From: Candidatus Eiseniibacteriota bacterium
GTDB taxonomy: Bacteria; Eisenbacteria; RBG-16-71-46; SZUA-252
Assembly: GCA_963740415.1 (NCBI GenBank)
Contig: CAVUEC010000011.1
Span: 449,380 to 513,379, forward strand
Length of the DNA: 64,000 nucleotides
Direction of reading: 5' to 3'
Both the position numbers and the translations under genes were made by a program. The notes beneath the pieces were generated by a model that had not been told where the DNA came from, ran no database searches, and saw only the letters and a list, made by a program, of their open reading frames with translations. The first letter of the stretch is position 1, and each line of letters opens with the position of its first letter. Shown piece by piece: positions 32,390-41,466 of the stretch.

Positions 32390-33061
32390 CTAGTTCTGGC
32401 GGCGGTCGGGCGGGTAGAGGTGCCGCGCCCGATCGAGAGTGTCCTGCGTGGCGGAGGCCTCGAACAACACCTGGTACACGGACCGATAACGCAATTCGGT
32501 GCTCTCCATCTCCAGCAGGCGCTGTTTCACGGCGGGCTCCACGTTCAAGTTCATCGCGATGGTGTTCACGATCGCGTCGGCGCCCATCTTGGCCCCGAAG
32601 GTGGCCGCCACGTCCAGAGCCGCCCCCTTCGCCTCGTGGAACCGGCGGAACATCTCGAGCAGTTCCTTCGACGCGTCGGGCGTGGTCTCGCGGGAGATCC
32701 AGGCCTCGTCGTCGTTCAGGCGGCGCATTCGCGCGATCCGGAACGGCTGCTCGCGCTCGAAGCGATCGATGGCCACCTTGTACTCGCCCTGGAGCGTGAG
32801 GTTGTAGCGGCCGTCCGGCAGCTCCTGGTAGCTCGCGACGCGGCCGACGCACGCGATGGGATGGACGTCCGGCGAACCGTAGTAATCCGCCTCCCAGCCG
32901 GGCTTCAGGAGGGCCATGCAGATCGACTGGCCTCCCGCGAGCACTTCCTCCATCATCAGGCGATACCGCGGCTCGAATATGTGCAGTGAGAGGACGGCCT
33001 TCGGAAAGAGGACCACGTTTGGAAGCGGGAAGACCGGCTGTGTTTCATGATCGTCCGACAC
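32390..33061 (-). CDS. LON N-terminal (substrate-binding) domain-only protein
   Basis: PLFPLPNVVLFP...EPRY motif of the Lon N-domain family; 223 aa; no ATPase or protease domain. Confidence 0.7.
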   Translation of the reverse strand: MSDDHETQPVFPLPNVVLFPKAVLSLHIFEPRYRLMMEEVLAGGQSICMALLKPGWEADYYGSPDVHPIACVGRVASYQELPDGRYNLTLQGEYKVAIDRFEREQPFRIARMRRLNDDEAWISRETTPDASKELLEMFRRFHEAKGAALDVAATFGAKMGADAIVNTIAMNLNVEPAVKQRLLEMESTELRYRSVYQVLFEASATQDTLDRARHLYPPDRRQN

Positions 33062-34287
33062 GGGCGAATGGTACCACAGGGTTCGGAGGAGACCGGACGT
33101 CCGAGGCGCTCCGCGACCGCGTTCGGGCGGAGGCCAGGCGACACGGATTCGACGCCGTGGGCTTCGCGCGCGCGGAAGCGCATCCGGACGCCGCGCGCCT
33201 GAAGGCCTGGCTTGCCGAGGGGCGTCACGGGACGATGGCCTGGATGGCGCGCGATCCGGACCGGCGCGCGGATCCGCGGCGGGTCCTGCGCGAGGTCAAG
33301 ACTGTGATCTCCGTCGGGCTCGGCTACTACGTCGGCGACGTGCCGCCTACGTCGGACGCAGGGCCGGATTCGGGAGACCCGACACGGCCCGCCCTCCGGG
33401 GCCGCATCGCGCGGTACGCCTGGGGTCGCGACTACCATAAGCGGACTCGAAAGCGGCTCCTGCGCTTGGCGCGCGCGATCCGGGCGCTTCAGCCCGCGCG
33501 TTGGGCCGCGTACGTGGACACGGGTCCCTGCCTCGATCGCGGTTGGGCCGAGCGGGCCGGGCTCGGATGGATCGGGAAGAACACCAACGTGATCGTGAAG
33601 GACGCGGGATCGTGGCTCTTCCTGGGCGAGATCCTGACGGACCTCGATCTCGAGGCCGATCCGCCGGCGCGAAACCATTGCGGGACGTGCGCCCGCTGCA
33701 TCGCGGCGTGCCCGACCGGGGCGATCGTCGCTCCCTATCAGCTCGACGCGCGACGGTGCATCAGCTATCTCACGATCGAGCACAAGGGACTGATCCCTCT
33801 CGAGCTTCGCCCCTCCGTCGGGACGCGCATCTTCGGATGCGACGATTGCCAGGACGTGTGCCCGTGGAACCGCTTCGCTACCCCGACGGCGAACCCGGAC
33901 TTCGCGGCGCGCCCGGACCAGCAGACCCCGGAGCTGATCCCTCTTCTCGATCTGGACGGCCCTGGTTTTCTCGCGCGCTACCAGGGGACCGCGATCCGTC
34001 GCGCGGGCCGCGACCGCTTCGTCCGGAACGTGGCGGTCGCGCTGGGCAATCTCGCCGATTCCCGCGCGATCCCGGCGCTCGGGCGGGCGCTCCACCGCGA
34101 CGCCTCCCCCATGGTTCGGGCCCACGCCGCCTGGGCGCTGGGGCGCATCGGAACCGGCGCGGCGCGCGCGGCGCTGGCTTCGGCCAAGGACGACGATCCG
34201 GACGTCCGCCGCGAGATCGATTATGCTTTGGAGACGTGTTCCATCGACCCGAATGCCACCGTGACCTGCCAGGGAGGAAGCCCATGA
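33040..34287 (+). CDS. queG: Epoxyqueuosine reductase QueG
   Basis: Strong collinearity with QueG (HGxMAWMAR, GLGWIGKN, CGTCxxCIxACPTGAI, DARRCISYLTIE, CDDCQxVCPWN, HEAT-like C-terminus). Start uncertain: GTG 33040 or 32986, both overlap the convergent Lon-N gene start. Confidence 0.85.
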   Translation: MFHDRPTRANGTTGFGGDRTSEALRDRVRAEARRHGFDAVGFARAEAHPDAARLKAWLAEGRHGTMAWMARDPDRRADPRRVLREVKTVISVGLGYYVGDVPPTSDAGPDSGDPTRPALRGRIARYAWGRDYHKRTRKRLLRLARAIRALQPARWAAYVDTGPCLDRGWAERAGLGWIGKNTNVIVKDAGSWLFLGEILTDLDLEADPPARNHCGTCARCIAACPTGAIVAPYQLDARRCISYLTIEHKGLIPLELRPSVGTRIFGCDDCQDVCPWNRFATPTANPDFAARPDQQTPELIPLLDLDGPGFLARYQGTAIRRAGRDRFVRNVAVALGNLADSRAIPALGRALHRDASPMVRAHAAWALGRIGTGAARAALASAKDDDPDVRREIDYALETCSIDPNATVTCQGGSP

Positions 34288-35057
34288 CACGCCGTACGCT
34301 CGCGGCCTTGCTCTGCCTCGTCGCCGTCCTCGGCGCCGCGAAGGCCGACGCCGGAATGATCACCTACACGCAGGATTCCACGCGGATTCACGGGTACCTG
34401 GCATTCCCACGCGGCGAGGGGACGCACGCCGCGGTCCTCGTGGTCCACGAGTGGTGGGGCCTCAACGACTGGGTCAAGCAGCAGTGCGACAGCCTGGCCA
34501 AGCACGGATACATCGCCTATGCCGCGGATCTCTACAAGGGGCAGGTGGCGAACGACGAGGAAACGGCGCACCAGCTGATGAGCGGGCTCGTGGAGGAGGA
34601 CGCGATGAGAATTCTGCGCGCCTCCACGGATTTTCTAAGGTCGAGAAGCGACGTCCGTGCGAACGCGATCGGCGTGATCGGCTGGTGCATGGGAGGGAAG
34701 TTCTCGATCCGCACGGCCGCGGCCGATCCGGGCATCCGCGCGTGCGTGATGTACTACGGGACCCCGATCACGGACGAGAACTCGATCCGCGGGCTTCAGG
34801 CGTCGGTGCTGGGGAACTTCGGCGGCCAGGACAAGGGGCCGGCCCCGGACCAGGTGAAGACGTTTGAGGCGGCGTTGAAGAAGGCGGGCAAGAAAGCGGA
34901 CTTCAAGACCTACCCCGACGCGGGCCACGCCTTCGCGAACATCAACAATCCGTGGGGCGGGTATCGCGAAGCGGACGCCAAGGACGCGTGGAAGCGCACG
35001 CTCACGTTCCTCGACAAGGAGCTGAAGAAGGCGTCGGTTCCGAAGAGCTCCAAATAG
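34284..35057 (+). CDS. Dienelactone hydrolase-family protein with signal peptide
   Basis: AGGGAGGA RBS; signal peptide MTRRTLAALLCLVAVLGAAKA; VVHEWWGLNDW and GWCMGG nucleophile elbow. Confidence 0.8.
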   Translation: MTRRTLAALLCLVAVLGAAKADAGMITYTQDSTRIHGYLAFPRGEGTHAAVLVVHEWWGLNDWVKQQCDSLAKHGYIAYAADLYKGQVANDEETAHQLMSGLVEEDAMRILRASTDFLRSRSDVRANAIGVIGWCMGGKFSIRTAAADPGIRACVMYYGTPITDENSIRGLQASVLGNFGGQDKGPAPDQVKTFEAALKKAGKKADFKTYPDAGHAFANINNPWGGYREADAKDAWKRTLTFLDKELKKASVPKSSK

Positions 35058-35097
35058 CGGTGCCAAGGGCCAGGGCGAGGCCGCGCGCCGGCGCGCG

Positions 35098-35535
35098 ATG
35101 ATCCTCCACGAGGTGGCCGCGGGGATTCTCTGGACCGGCACTCAGGTTCTCGTCGCGCGACGCGAGGATCACGATCACCAGGGCGGGCGCTGGGAATTTC
35201 CGGGCGGAAAGCGCCGGAGGGACGAGAGCCTCGAGGCGTGTCTCAGGCGCGAGATGCTGGAGGAGATCGGAATCGAGGTGGAGGTGGGACCGCTCTGGCG
35301 GGCCCTGACCCACGTCTATCCGGACCGCGCCGTCAGTCTCTACTTCTATCGATGCGAACGCACCCGGGGAACGCCGCGCCCCATCGAATGCGCCGAGGTG
35401 CGCTGGGTTCCGCCGGACGCGCTCGTCCAGCTCCCCTTCGTCGAGGGGGACCTTCCGATCCTCCCCGACTTGGTGAGGGACCTTACTTCTTGGGCGGCTG
35501 GGGCGGACGAATCACGCCCTCGATCCCGATCTTGA
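35098..35535 (+). CDS. NUDIX hydrolase (MutT-like)
   Basis: Nudix box GGKrrrdESLEAClrREMLEEIGIEV. Confidence 0.75.
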   Translation: MILHEVAAGILWTGTQVLVARREDHDHQGGRWEFPGGKRRRDESLEACLRREMLEEIGIEVEVGPLWRALTHVYPDRAVSLYFYRCERTRGTPRPIECAEVRWVPPDALVQLPFVEGDLPILPDLVRDLTSWAAGADESRPRSRS

Positions 35536-36094
35536 TGTCCACGTCGTCGCCGAGCATCGTGCCGCCCTGATCCAGGGTCTTGTTCCAGATGATTCCGTAG
35601 TCCTTCCGGTTGATCTTGGTCGACGCGTCAAATCCCGCGCGCATCTCCCCGTTGAAGCCGGGCCCCGAGCCCAGGAAGGTCACCGCCAGCGTGACCGGCT
35701 TCGTGACGCCCCGCATCGTGAGGTTCCCCTCCACGGAAAGCTGGTTGTCGCCGGTCTTCACGACTTTGGTGCTGACGAACTTGATCGTCGGGAATTTTTC
35801 CACGTCGAAGAACTCTTCGCCTCTGAGGTCGCCGTCCCGCATCGAATTGTTCGTGTTGATCGTCGAGGCGTCGATCTCAACGGTCGCGCTGGAGCTTTCG
35901 GGCTTCTCGGCGTCGTAGACGACCGCCCCGGAAAACTTGCCGAAGCTGCCCGGCACCTTTCCGAAGAAGTGGCGGATGGTGAATCCCACCGTGGAATGGT
36001 TGGGATCGATCGCCCACGTCTTGGGCGCGGCCGAGGCCGACGAGACGGACGTGAGGAGCCCGGTAAGCGCGAGCGCGGCGAGAATTCGTTTCAT
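35483..36094 (-). CDS. YceI-family periplasmic polyisoprenoid-binding protein
   Basis: Signal peptide and YceI-like pattern (…HSTVGFTIRHFFGKVPGSF…). Confidence 0.8.
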   Translation of the reverse strand: MKRILAALALTGLLTSVSSASAAPKTWAIDPNHSTVGFTIRHFFGKVPGSFGKFSGAVVYDAEKPESSSATVEIDASTINTNNSMRDGDLRGEEFFDVEKFPTIKFVSTKVVKTGDNQLSVEGNLTMRGVTKPVTLAVTFLGSGPGFNGEMRAGFDASTKINRKDYGIIWNKTLDQGGTMLGDDVDIKIGIEGVIRPPQPPKK

Positions 36095-36159
36095 GGGATC
36101 GATTCCTCCGGATGGAGCGCGGTGCGCCCGGGTGGGCGCCGCGCGGATGCCCCGGGCTT

Positions 36160-36188
36160 GATGGCGGGGCTGCGATTGCCTACTATCC
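36160..36188 (+). promoter_or_regulatory. Sigma70-like promoter candidate upstream of trxB (TTGATG - 17 nt - TACTAT)
   Basis: Hexamers seen directly, ~100 nt upstream of the trxB ATG. Confidence 0.3.
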
Positions 36189-36288
36189 TACAGGTTCCCT
36201 TTTGGATGCGGCGATTTCCCCGCCGATTCCGTCGCACCGCTCGGGGGGCCGCCACCATCTAAAACCTACACCCAGGGCCCGATGTTCC

Positions 36289-37269
36289 ATGCCAAATACC
36301 CGTGACGTCATCATTCTCGGTTCGGGGGCCGCGGGACTGACCGCGGCCATCTACGCCGCGCGCGCCAACTTGAAGCCGATGGTGCTCGAGGGGGTGCAGC
36401 CGGGCGGCCAGCTCACGATCACCACCGAAGTCGAGAATTTCCCGGGATTCCGCGATGCGATCATGGGCCCGGCGCTCATGACCGAAATGCGCGCCCAGGC
36501 CGAGCGGTTCGGCACCGAGTTCATCCAATCCGACGCCGAGCGCGTGGACCTTCGCGCGAAGCCGATCCAGATTGTGGCCGGGGGCAAGACCTACACGACC
36601 CGCACCCTGATCATCGCGACGGGCGCTTCGGCGAAGCTCCTCGGCATCCCGAGCGAGGCGGCGCTGATGGGGCACGGCGTGTCGGCCTGCGCGACCTGCG
36701 ACGGCTTCTTCTTCAAGGGGAAGCCCCTCATCGTGATCGGCGGCGGCGACACCGCGATGGAAGAGGCGACCTTCCTCACCAAGTTCGCGAGCCACGTCAC
36801 CATCGTGCATCGCCGCGACGAGCTTCGCGCTTCCAAGATCATGCAGGAGCGGGCCCGCGCCAATTCCAAGATCTCGTTCATCTGGGACTCCGAAATCGAC
36901 GAGATCCTGGGCACCGCGGAGGGCAAGGTGAGCGGCGTCCGGCTTCGGAACTTGAAGACGGGCGCGCTCAGCGAGATGAAGGTCGAGGGAGTCTTCATCG
37001 GCATCGGGCATCAGCCCAATACCAAGCTCTTCGAAGGCCAGCTTCCCCTCGACGCCTCGGGCTACATCGTGACCCGCGAGGGCACTCGCACCGATATTCC
37101 GGGCGTGTTCGCCGCGGGCGACGTCCAGGATCACGAGTACCGGCAGGCCGTGACCGCCGCCGGCAGCGGATGCATGGCCGCGCTGGACGCGGAGCGGTAC
37201 CTCGAGGCGCTGAAACACGCCTCGCCCTCACCGGGCGCGCCGGAGACCGCCAAGGCCCCCGCCGCGTGA
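36289..37269 (+). CDS. trxB: Thioredoxin reductase
   Basis: CATCDG redox-active motif, two GxGxxG dinucleotide folds. Confidence 0.9.
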   Translation: MPNTRDVIILGSGAAGLTAAIYAARANLKPMVLEGVQPGGQLTITTEVENFPGFRDAIMGPALMTEMRAQAERFGTEFIQSDAERVDLRAKPIQIVAGGKTYTTRTLIIATGASAKLLGIPSEAALMGHGVSACATCDGFFFKGKPLIVIGGGDTAMEEATFLTKFASHVTIVHRRDELRASKIMQERARANSKISFIWDSEIDEILGTAEGKVSGVRLRNLKTGALSEMKVEGVFIGIGHQPNTKLFEGQLPLDASGYIVTREGTRTDIPGVFAAGDVQDHEYRQAVTAAGSGCMAALDAERYLEALKHASPSPGAPETAKAPAA

Positions 37270-38951
37270 GCGAAGCCCTCGAGATCGACGTCCTCTTCGT
37301 GGGCGGAGGTCCCGCCGGCCTCGCGGGCGCCCTCAAGCTCTCTCAGCTGGTCGCGGCGCACAACGAGCGCGCGGCGAAGAGCGGCGGCACGCCGCTCGGC
37401 GAAGTGTCGATCGCGGTGCTGGAAAAGGCCTCCGAGATCGGCGCCCACGGGATCTCCGGCTGCGTGCTGGATCCGCGCGCGCTCCGGGAACTCGTCCCCG
37501 ACTATCGCGAGAAGGGCGCGCCCATCGAGAGCGACGTGACGAGCGACGATCTCTATTACTTCACGTCGGGCGGCCAGATCCGCTTCCCCATCCTTCCACC
37601 GCCCCTCCAGAACCACGGCAACCACGTCGTCTCGCTCGGCTCGCTCGAGAAATGGCTCGGAGGCCTTGTCGAGGCGACGGGCGCCTACGTCCTCCCGGGA
37701 ATGGCCGCGGTCGAGGGCCTCTTCGAGGGGGACCGGATGGTCGGCGTTCGGACGGGCGACAAGGGAATCGACCGGCACGGAAATCGGAAGTCCAACTTCG
37801 AGGCCGGGTCGGACGTGCGGGCCAAGGTCACCGTCCTCTGCGAAGGCGTTCGCGGCTCGCTGGCCAAGCGGCTCGCGCCGCAGCTGAAGCTGGACGAGGG
37901 CCGCGCGCCTCAGATCTACGCGACCGGCATCAAGGAGGTCTGGCAGATGCCCTCGGGGCGCGTGCCGAAGGGACGGGTCATCCACACGATGGGCGCGCCG
38001 CTCGACTCTCGCACGTTCGGCGGCGGATTCATCTACGGCATGGACCACGACCGCTGGGCGGTGGGATTCGTGGTCGGCCTCGACTACTGGAACCCGACCA
38101 CCGACCCGCACGGGCTCTTCCAAGCGTACAAGCGCCACCCCTTCGTGGCCGCGCTCCTCAACGGAGGATCGATCCTCTCCTACGGCGCGAAGGCGATCCC
38201 AGAGGGCGGCTACTACTGCGTTCCGCGACTCTCCTGGCCGGGCGGCCTCCTCTGCGGCGACGCGGCGTCGCTCCTCAACTCGCAGCGGCTGAAGGGCGTC
38301 CACATGGCGATGAAATCGGGAATGCTCGCCGCGGAGACCGCGTTCGACGCGCTGGTGTCGGGCGACTCCGGCGGCGAGGCGCTGCGCGCCTACGACAAGC
38401 GCGTCCGCGAGTCCTGGATTCACGAAGAGCTATGGGGCGTTCGGAATTTCCACCAGGGCTTCGAGCGCGGGCTCTGGATGGGGATGTTCGACGCAGGTCT
38501 TCAGCTCGTCACGGGCGGCATGGGCCTCGGCAACCGGCCGATGTGGAAGCCCGGCCCCTCACACATGAAGAAATTGAGCGAGGCTGGTGTCGCGCCGGTG
38601 TCGCTGGAGGAAACTCAGCGGCGCTACGACAACGTTCACACGTTCACGAAGGTGAACGACGTCTTTCACTCGGGCACGAAACACGACGAGGACCAGCCAA
38701 GCCACCTGCTCGTCTCGGACGCGTCCATCTGCGCGACACGCTGCCGGGAGGAATACGGAAATCCCTGCCAGCACTTCTGCCCCGCGAACGTCTACGAGAT
38801 GGTGCCCGATGCCAAGCCGGGCGCGCTGAAGCTGAAGCTCAACCCCTCGAACTGCGTCCACTGCAAGACCTGCGACATCGCCGATCCCTACCAGATCATC
38901 ACGTGGGTCCCGCCCGAGGGCGGCGGCGGCCCGAACTACAATCAGCTTTAG
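37266..38951 (+). CDS. Electron-transfer flavoprotein:ubiquinone oxidoreductase (ETF-QO)
   Basis: GTG start overlapping the trxB stop; FAD motif VGGGPAGL; C-terminal 4Fe-4S ferredoxin-like CxxCxxC...CP region. Confidence 0.9.
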   Translation: MSEALEIDVLFVGGGPAGLAGALKLSQLVAAHNERAAKSGGTPLGEVSIAVLEKASEIGAHGISGCVLDPRALRELVPDYREKGAPIESDVTSDDLYYFTSGGQIRFPILPPPLQNHGNHVVSLGSLEKWLGGLVEATGAYVLPGMAAVEGLFEGDRMVGVRTGDKGIDRHGNRKSNFEAGSDVRAKVTVLCEGVRGSLAKRLAPQLKLDEGRAPQIYATGIKEVWQMPSGRVPKGRVIHTMGAPLDSRTFGGGFIYGMDHDRWAVGFVVGLDYWNPTTDPHGLFQAYKRHPFVAALLNGGSILSYGAKAIPEGGYYCVPRLSWPGGLLCGDAASLLNSQRLKGVHMAMKSGMLAAETAFDALVSGDSGGEALRAYDKRVRESWIHEELWGVRNFHQGFERGLWMGMFDAGLQLVTGGMGLGNRPMWKPGPSHMKKLSEAGVAPVSLEETQRRYDNVHTFTKVNDVFHSGTKHDEDQPSHLLVSDASICATRCREEYGNPCQHFCPANVYEMVPDAKPGALKLKLNPSNCVHCKTCDIADPYQIITWVPPEGGGGPNYNQL

Positions 38952-39001
38952 TTAGAGGAAGAAGAGGCGGGAGGCGGGCCCCGCCGGGGAAACGGCGCGC
39001 C

Positions 39002-39337
39002 CTAGTAGCGCGGAACGGTGGGGTCGATCAGCTCGGACCAGGCCTCGATGCCGCCGGTCATGCTCCGTATCTTGCGGAATCCGTGATCCCAGAGCATCAG
39101 GCAGCCGTCGATGCTGCGGTCCCCGTGGTGGCAGTAGACGATCGTTTCCTTCTCGGGATCCAGCTCCAGCACGCGATCGGAAAGCCCGGGGAGCGGGATG
39201 TGGATCGCGCCCTCGAGATGGGACTTCTCCCATTCCCAATCCTCGCGCACGTCGAGGAGGATGAGGTTCTCGCCTGCCTCCATCATCTCGCTCACCAGCT
39301 CGGGCGAAATCTCGAATTCGAGAAAATGGTCCCGCAC
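39002..39337 (-). CDS. Rhodanese-domain protein (single domain, active-site Cys)
   Basis: LLDVRE..E......HI.GAI.IP...L......L......IVYCHHGDRS. Confidence 0.75.
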   Translation of the reverse strand: MRDHFLEFEISPELVSEMMEAGENLILLDVREDWEWEKSHLEGAIHIPLPGLSDRVLELDPEKETIVYCHHGDRSIDGCLMLWDHGFRKIRSMTGGIEAWSELIDPTVPRY

Positions 39338-39344
39338 GGCCGGA

Positions 39345-39446
39345 TTAGCGGCCCTCGGCGGCCCGGCGGAGCCGGCGCGAGAGCGTGAGGAGATAGACGG
39401 CCCAGAGGAGGGCGCTCAGCAGGAAGGCGACGATGGCGTAGGTCAT
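39345..39446 (-). CDS. ccmD: Heme exporter protein D (CcmD), 33 aa
   Basis: Small TM peptide MTYAIVAFLLSALLWAVYLLTLSRRLRRAAEGR. Start overlaps the ccmC stop (ATGA). Confidence 0.5.
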   Translation of the reverse strand: MTYAIVAFLLSALLWAVYLLTLSRRLRRAAEGR

Positions 39447-40153
39447 GGACGCTCCGTGTCCAGCGCGGGCACGCCGAGCGGACGGTTGTCGGCTTCGCGG
39501 GACGCGGCTTCCCGCGCCCATTCCAGACGGAGCCGGCGCTCGAGAACGGCGAGATAGAACACAACCCACGCCAGCATCGAGAAGAGGAGAATCTGGCGCA
39601 TGTCCCCCGTCATCGTGACGTTCCGGGGATGCAGGGACCCGCGCCACCACTCCACCGACTTCCACACGATCGGCAGGTTCACGAAGAACACGATGCCCAT
39701 GACCGCGGATACGGTCCGCTTCGTGCTGGACCGAAGCGATCCACGGATGACCTGGTAGGCGGCGTACAGGATCCAGAGAATGAAGAAGGTGGTGAGCCGG
39801 GGCTCCCACGTCCACCAGGTGTTCCACGCCGAGCGGGCCCAGATCGGTCCGGTGATCATCACGACGGTCGCGAAGACCAGTCCCACCTCGCACGACGAGG
39901 CACCCAGCGCGTCCCAGAACCAGTGCTTGGTCGCCAGGTACGCGATCCCCGCGGCGAACGCGACACCGAACGCAAGCAAGGTCACGATCGCGCTGGGAAC
40001 GTGGATGTAGACGATCTTCTGCACGGGCCCCATCACGGCCTCGATGGGGGCGCGGAACGCGATCGCGGCGAATGAGGCCGCGACCATCAGGAGTGCTGCA
40101 CCCCAGAGCCAGGTCGCCGCTCGCCGCCACGCATCGGGAATGATCCGGTTCAT
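39443..40153 (-). CDS. ccmC: Heme exporter protein C (CcmC)
   Basis: WWxWD-like motif (WNTWWTWEPR), 6 TM segments. Confidence 0.85.
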   Translation of the reverse strand: MNRIIPDAWRRAATWLWGAALLMVAASFAAIAFRAPIEAVMGPVQKIVYIHVPSAIVTLLAFGVAFAAGIAYLATKHWFWDALGASSCEVGLVFATVVMITGPIWARSAWNTWWTWEPRLTTFFILWILYAAYQVIRGSLRSSTKRTVSAVMGIVFFVNLPIVWKSVEWWRGSLHPRNVTMTGDMRQILLFSMLAWVVFYLAVLERRLRLEWAREAASREADNRPLGVPALDTERP

Positions 40154-40821
40154 TCACCCGCCTCCTGGATCGACTCGTAGAGCCAGGCGGACAGCGCCAG
40201 GCCCAGCACGTCCATCACCGCCATGACCTTGATCCAATCGCGAACCGGCTCGATCGTCCCTCCGGCCCAGAGCGCGTGCGTGAGCTTGACCGCGCCGATC
40301 CAGATGGGAACAAGGGATGGGTACAGGAGAACCGAGAGGAGGAGCTCCCGTGCCTGGAGCCCCCGAGCCAGTGCCGCGAACAGTGTTCCCCACGCACTAT
40401 AGCCCAGAAGGGCCAGCGCGACAACGCCCGCCAGCGCGGGCAGGACGCGCAGATCTCCCACGTCGAAGAAGATCGAGGTGATCGGCAGAACGAGCACGAA
40501 GACCGCCACGAGGAGGATCCAGCTCGCGAGCGTCTTGCCCAGGTAGACGGCGTAGCCATCGGCTCCCGCGAGCCGCACGGCGTCGGCCGCGCCCCACGCG
40601 CCCTCGAGGTCCTGCGACCGGGTGAGGCCCAGAACCCCGGCGAAGAACAGCGCCGCCCACACGGTGGCCGCCGCCTCCTGCGCGGGCTCCTGAAAGATGG
40701 GACCAAACGCGACGCTGAGAATGAGCACGAGCGCCGCGCTGAACAGGCCGAGCGTGGCGAGAAAGCGCGCGTCGCGCGCGAAGAGCCTGAGGTCTTTGAG
40801 AGCCACCGTGAACACGGTCAC
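40150..40821 (-). CDS. ccmB: Heme exporter permease CcmB
   Basis: 223-aa 6-TM protein positioned between ccmA and ccmC, with overlapping stop/start codons. Confidence 0.8.
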   Translation of the reverse strand: MTVFTVALKDLRLFARDARFLATLGLFSAALVLILSVAFGPIFQEPAQEAAATVWAALFFAGVLGLTRSQDLEGAWGAADAVRLAGADGYAVYLGKTLASWILLVAVFVLVLPITSIFFDVGDLRVLPALAGVVALALLGYSAWGTLFAALARGLQARELLLSVLLYPSLVPIWIGAVKLTHALWAGGTIEPVRDWIKVMAVMDVLGLALSAWLYESIQEAGE

Positions 40822-41456
40822 GCGGCTTCGATCCTTCCCTGCGCCAGCCGGACCGACCGTGTCGCGAGGCCCGAGGCGCGCTCGGGATCGTGCCCCACCA
40901 GGAGCGCGGCGGCTCCATCCGAAACCGCCTCGCGAATGAGCGCGTTGAGCGCCGCGGTCCCGTCCGGATCCAGGCCCGCGTAGGGCTCGTCGAGGATGAG
41001 AAACCGTGGACGCGGGAGAAGCGCCCGGCAGAGGACGACGCGCTGAAGCATCCCGCGCGAAAACGTGTGGAGCGGGGTGTGGGCGAACGGCATCATGCCG
41101 AACCGGCCGAGAAGCGCCTCAGCCCGGCTCCGAACGTCGATCACCCCTGCGAGCTGCCCGAAGAATTCAAGATTCTCGACCGGCGTGAGCGATTCGTATA
41201 GAAGCGGCAGATGGGTCGAGAACCCGATGGCCCGGCGCGCCTCCGCGCGGCGGCTCAGCACCGGCTGATCGTCGAGCGTGACCTCGCCGTCGTCCGGAGC
41301 CAGCAGGGTCGCGACGATGCGCGCGAATGTGGTCTTGCCGGATCCGTTGGCGCCCGCGAGCAACACCACTTCGCCCGCGCTCAGGGTGAAGGAAGCGCCC
41401 GCGAGGATCGTCCGATCGTCGAAACGCTTTCGGACCCCTTCCGTGCGCAGGCTCAC
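40818..41456 (-). CDS. ccmA: Heme exporter ATP-binding protein CcmA
   Basis: Walker A GANGSGKTT, ABC signature FSRGMLQRV, Walker B LILDEP. Confidence 0.85.
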   Translation of the reverse strand: MSLRTEGVRKRFDDRTILAGASFTLSAGEVVLLAGANGSGKTTFARIVATLLAPDDGEVTLDDQPVLSRRAEARRAIGFSTHLPLLYESLTPVENLEFFGQLAGVIDVRSRAEALLGRFGMMPFAHTPLHTFSRGMLQRVVLCRALLPRPRFLILDEPYAGLDPDGTAALNALIREAVSDGAAALLVGHDPERASGLATRSVRLAQGRIEAA

Positions 41457-41466
41457 CGGTGCCGGG

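Noticed and set aside
37131-38423. 430-aa antisense ORF within the ETF-QO gene; similar ones at 44016..45566, 54672..56090, 58739..60517, 61617..62690
   Set aside because: Antisense to well-supported conserved CDSs; GC-driven stop-codon paucity.
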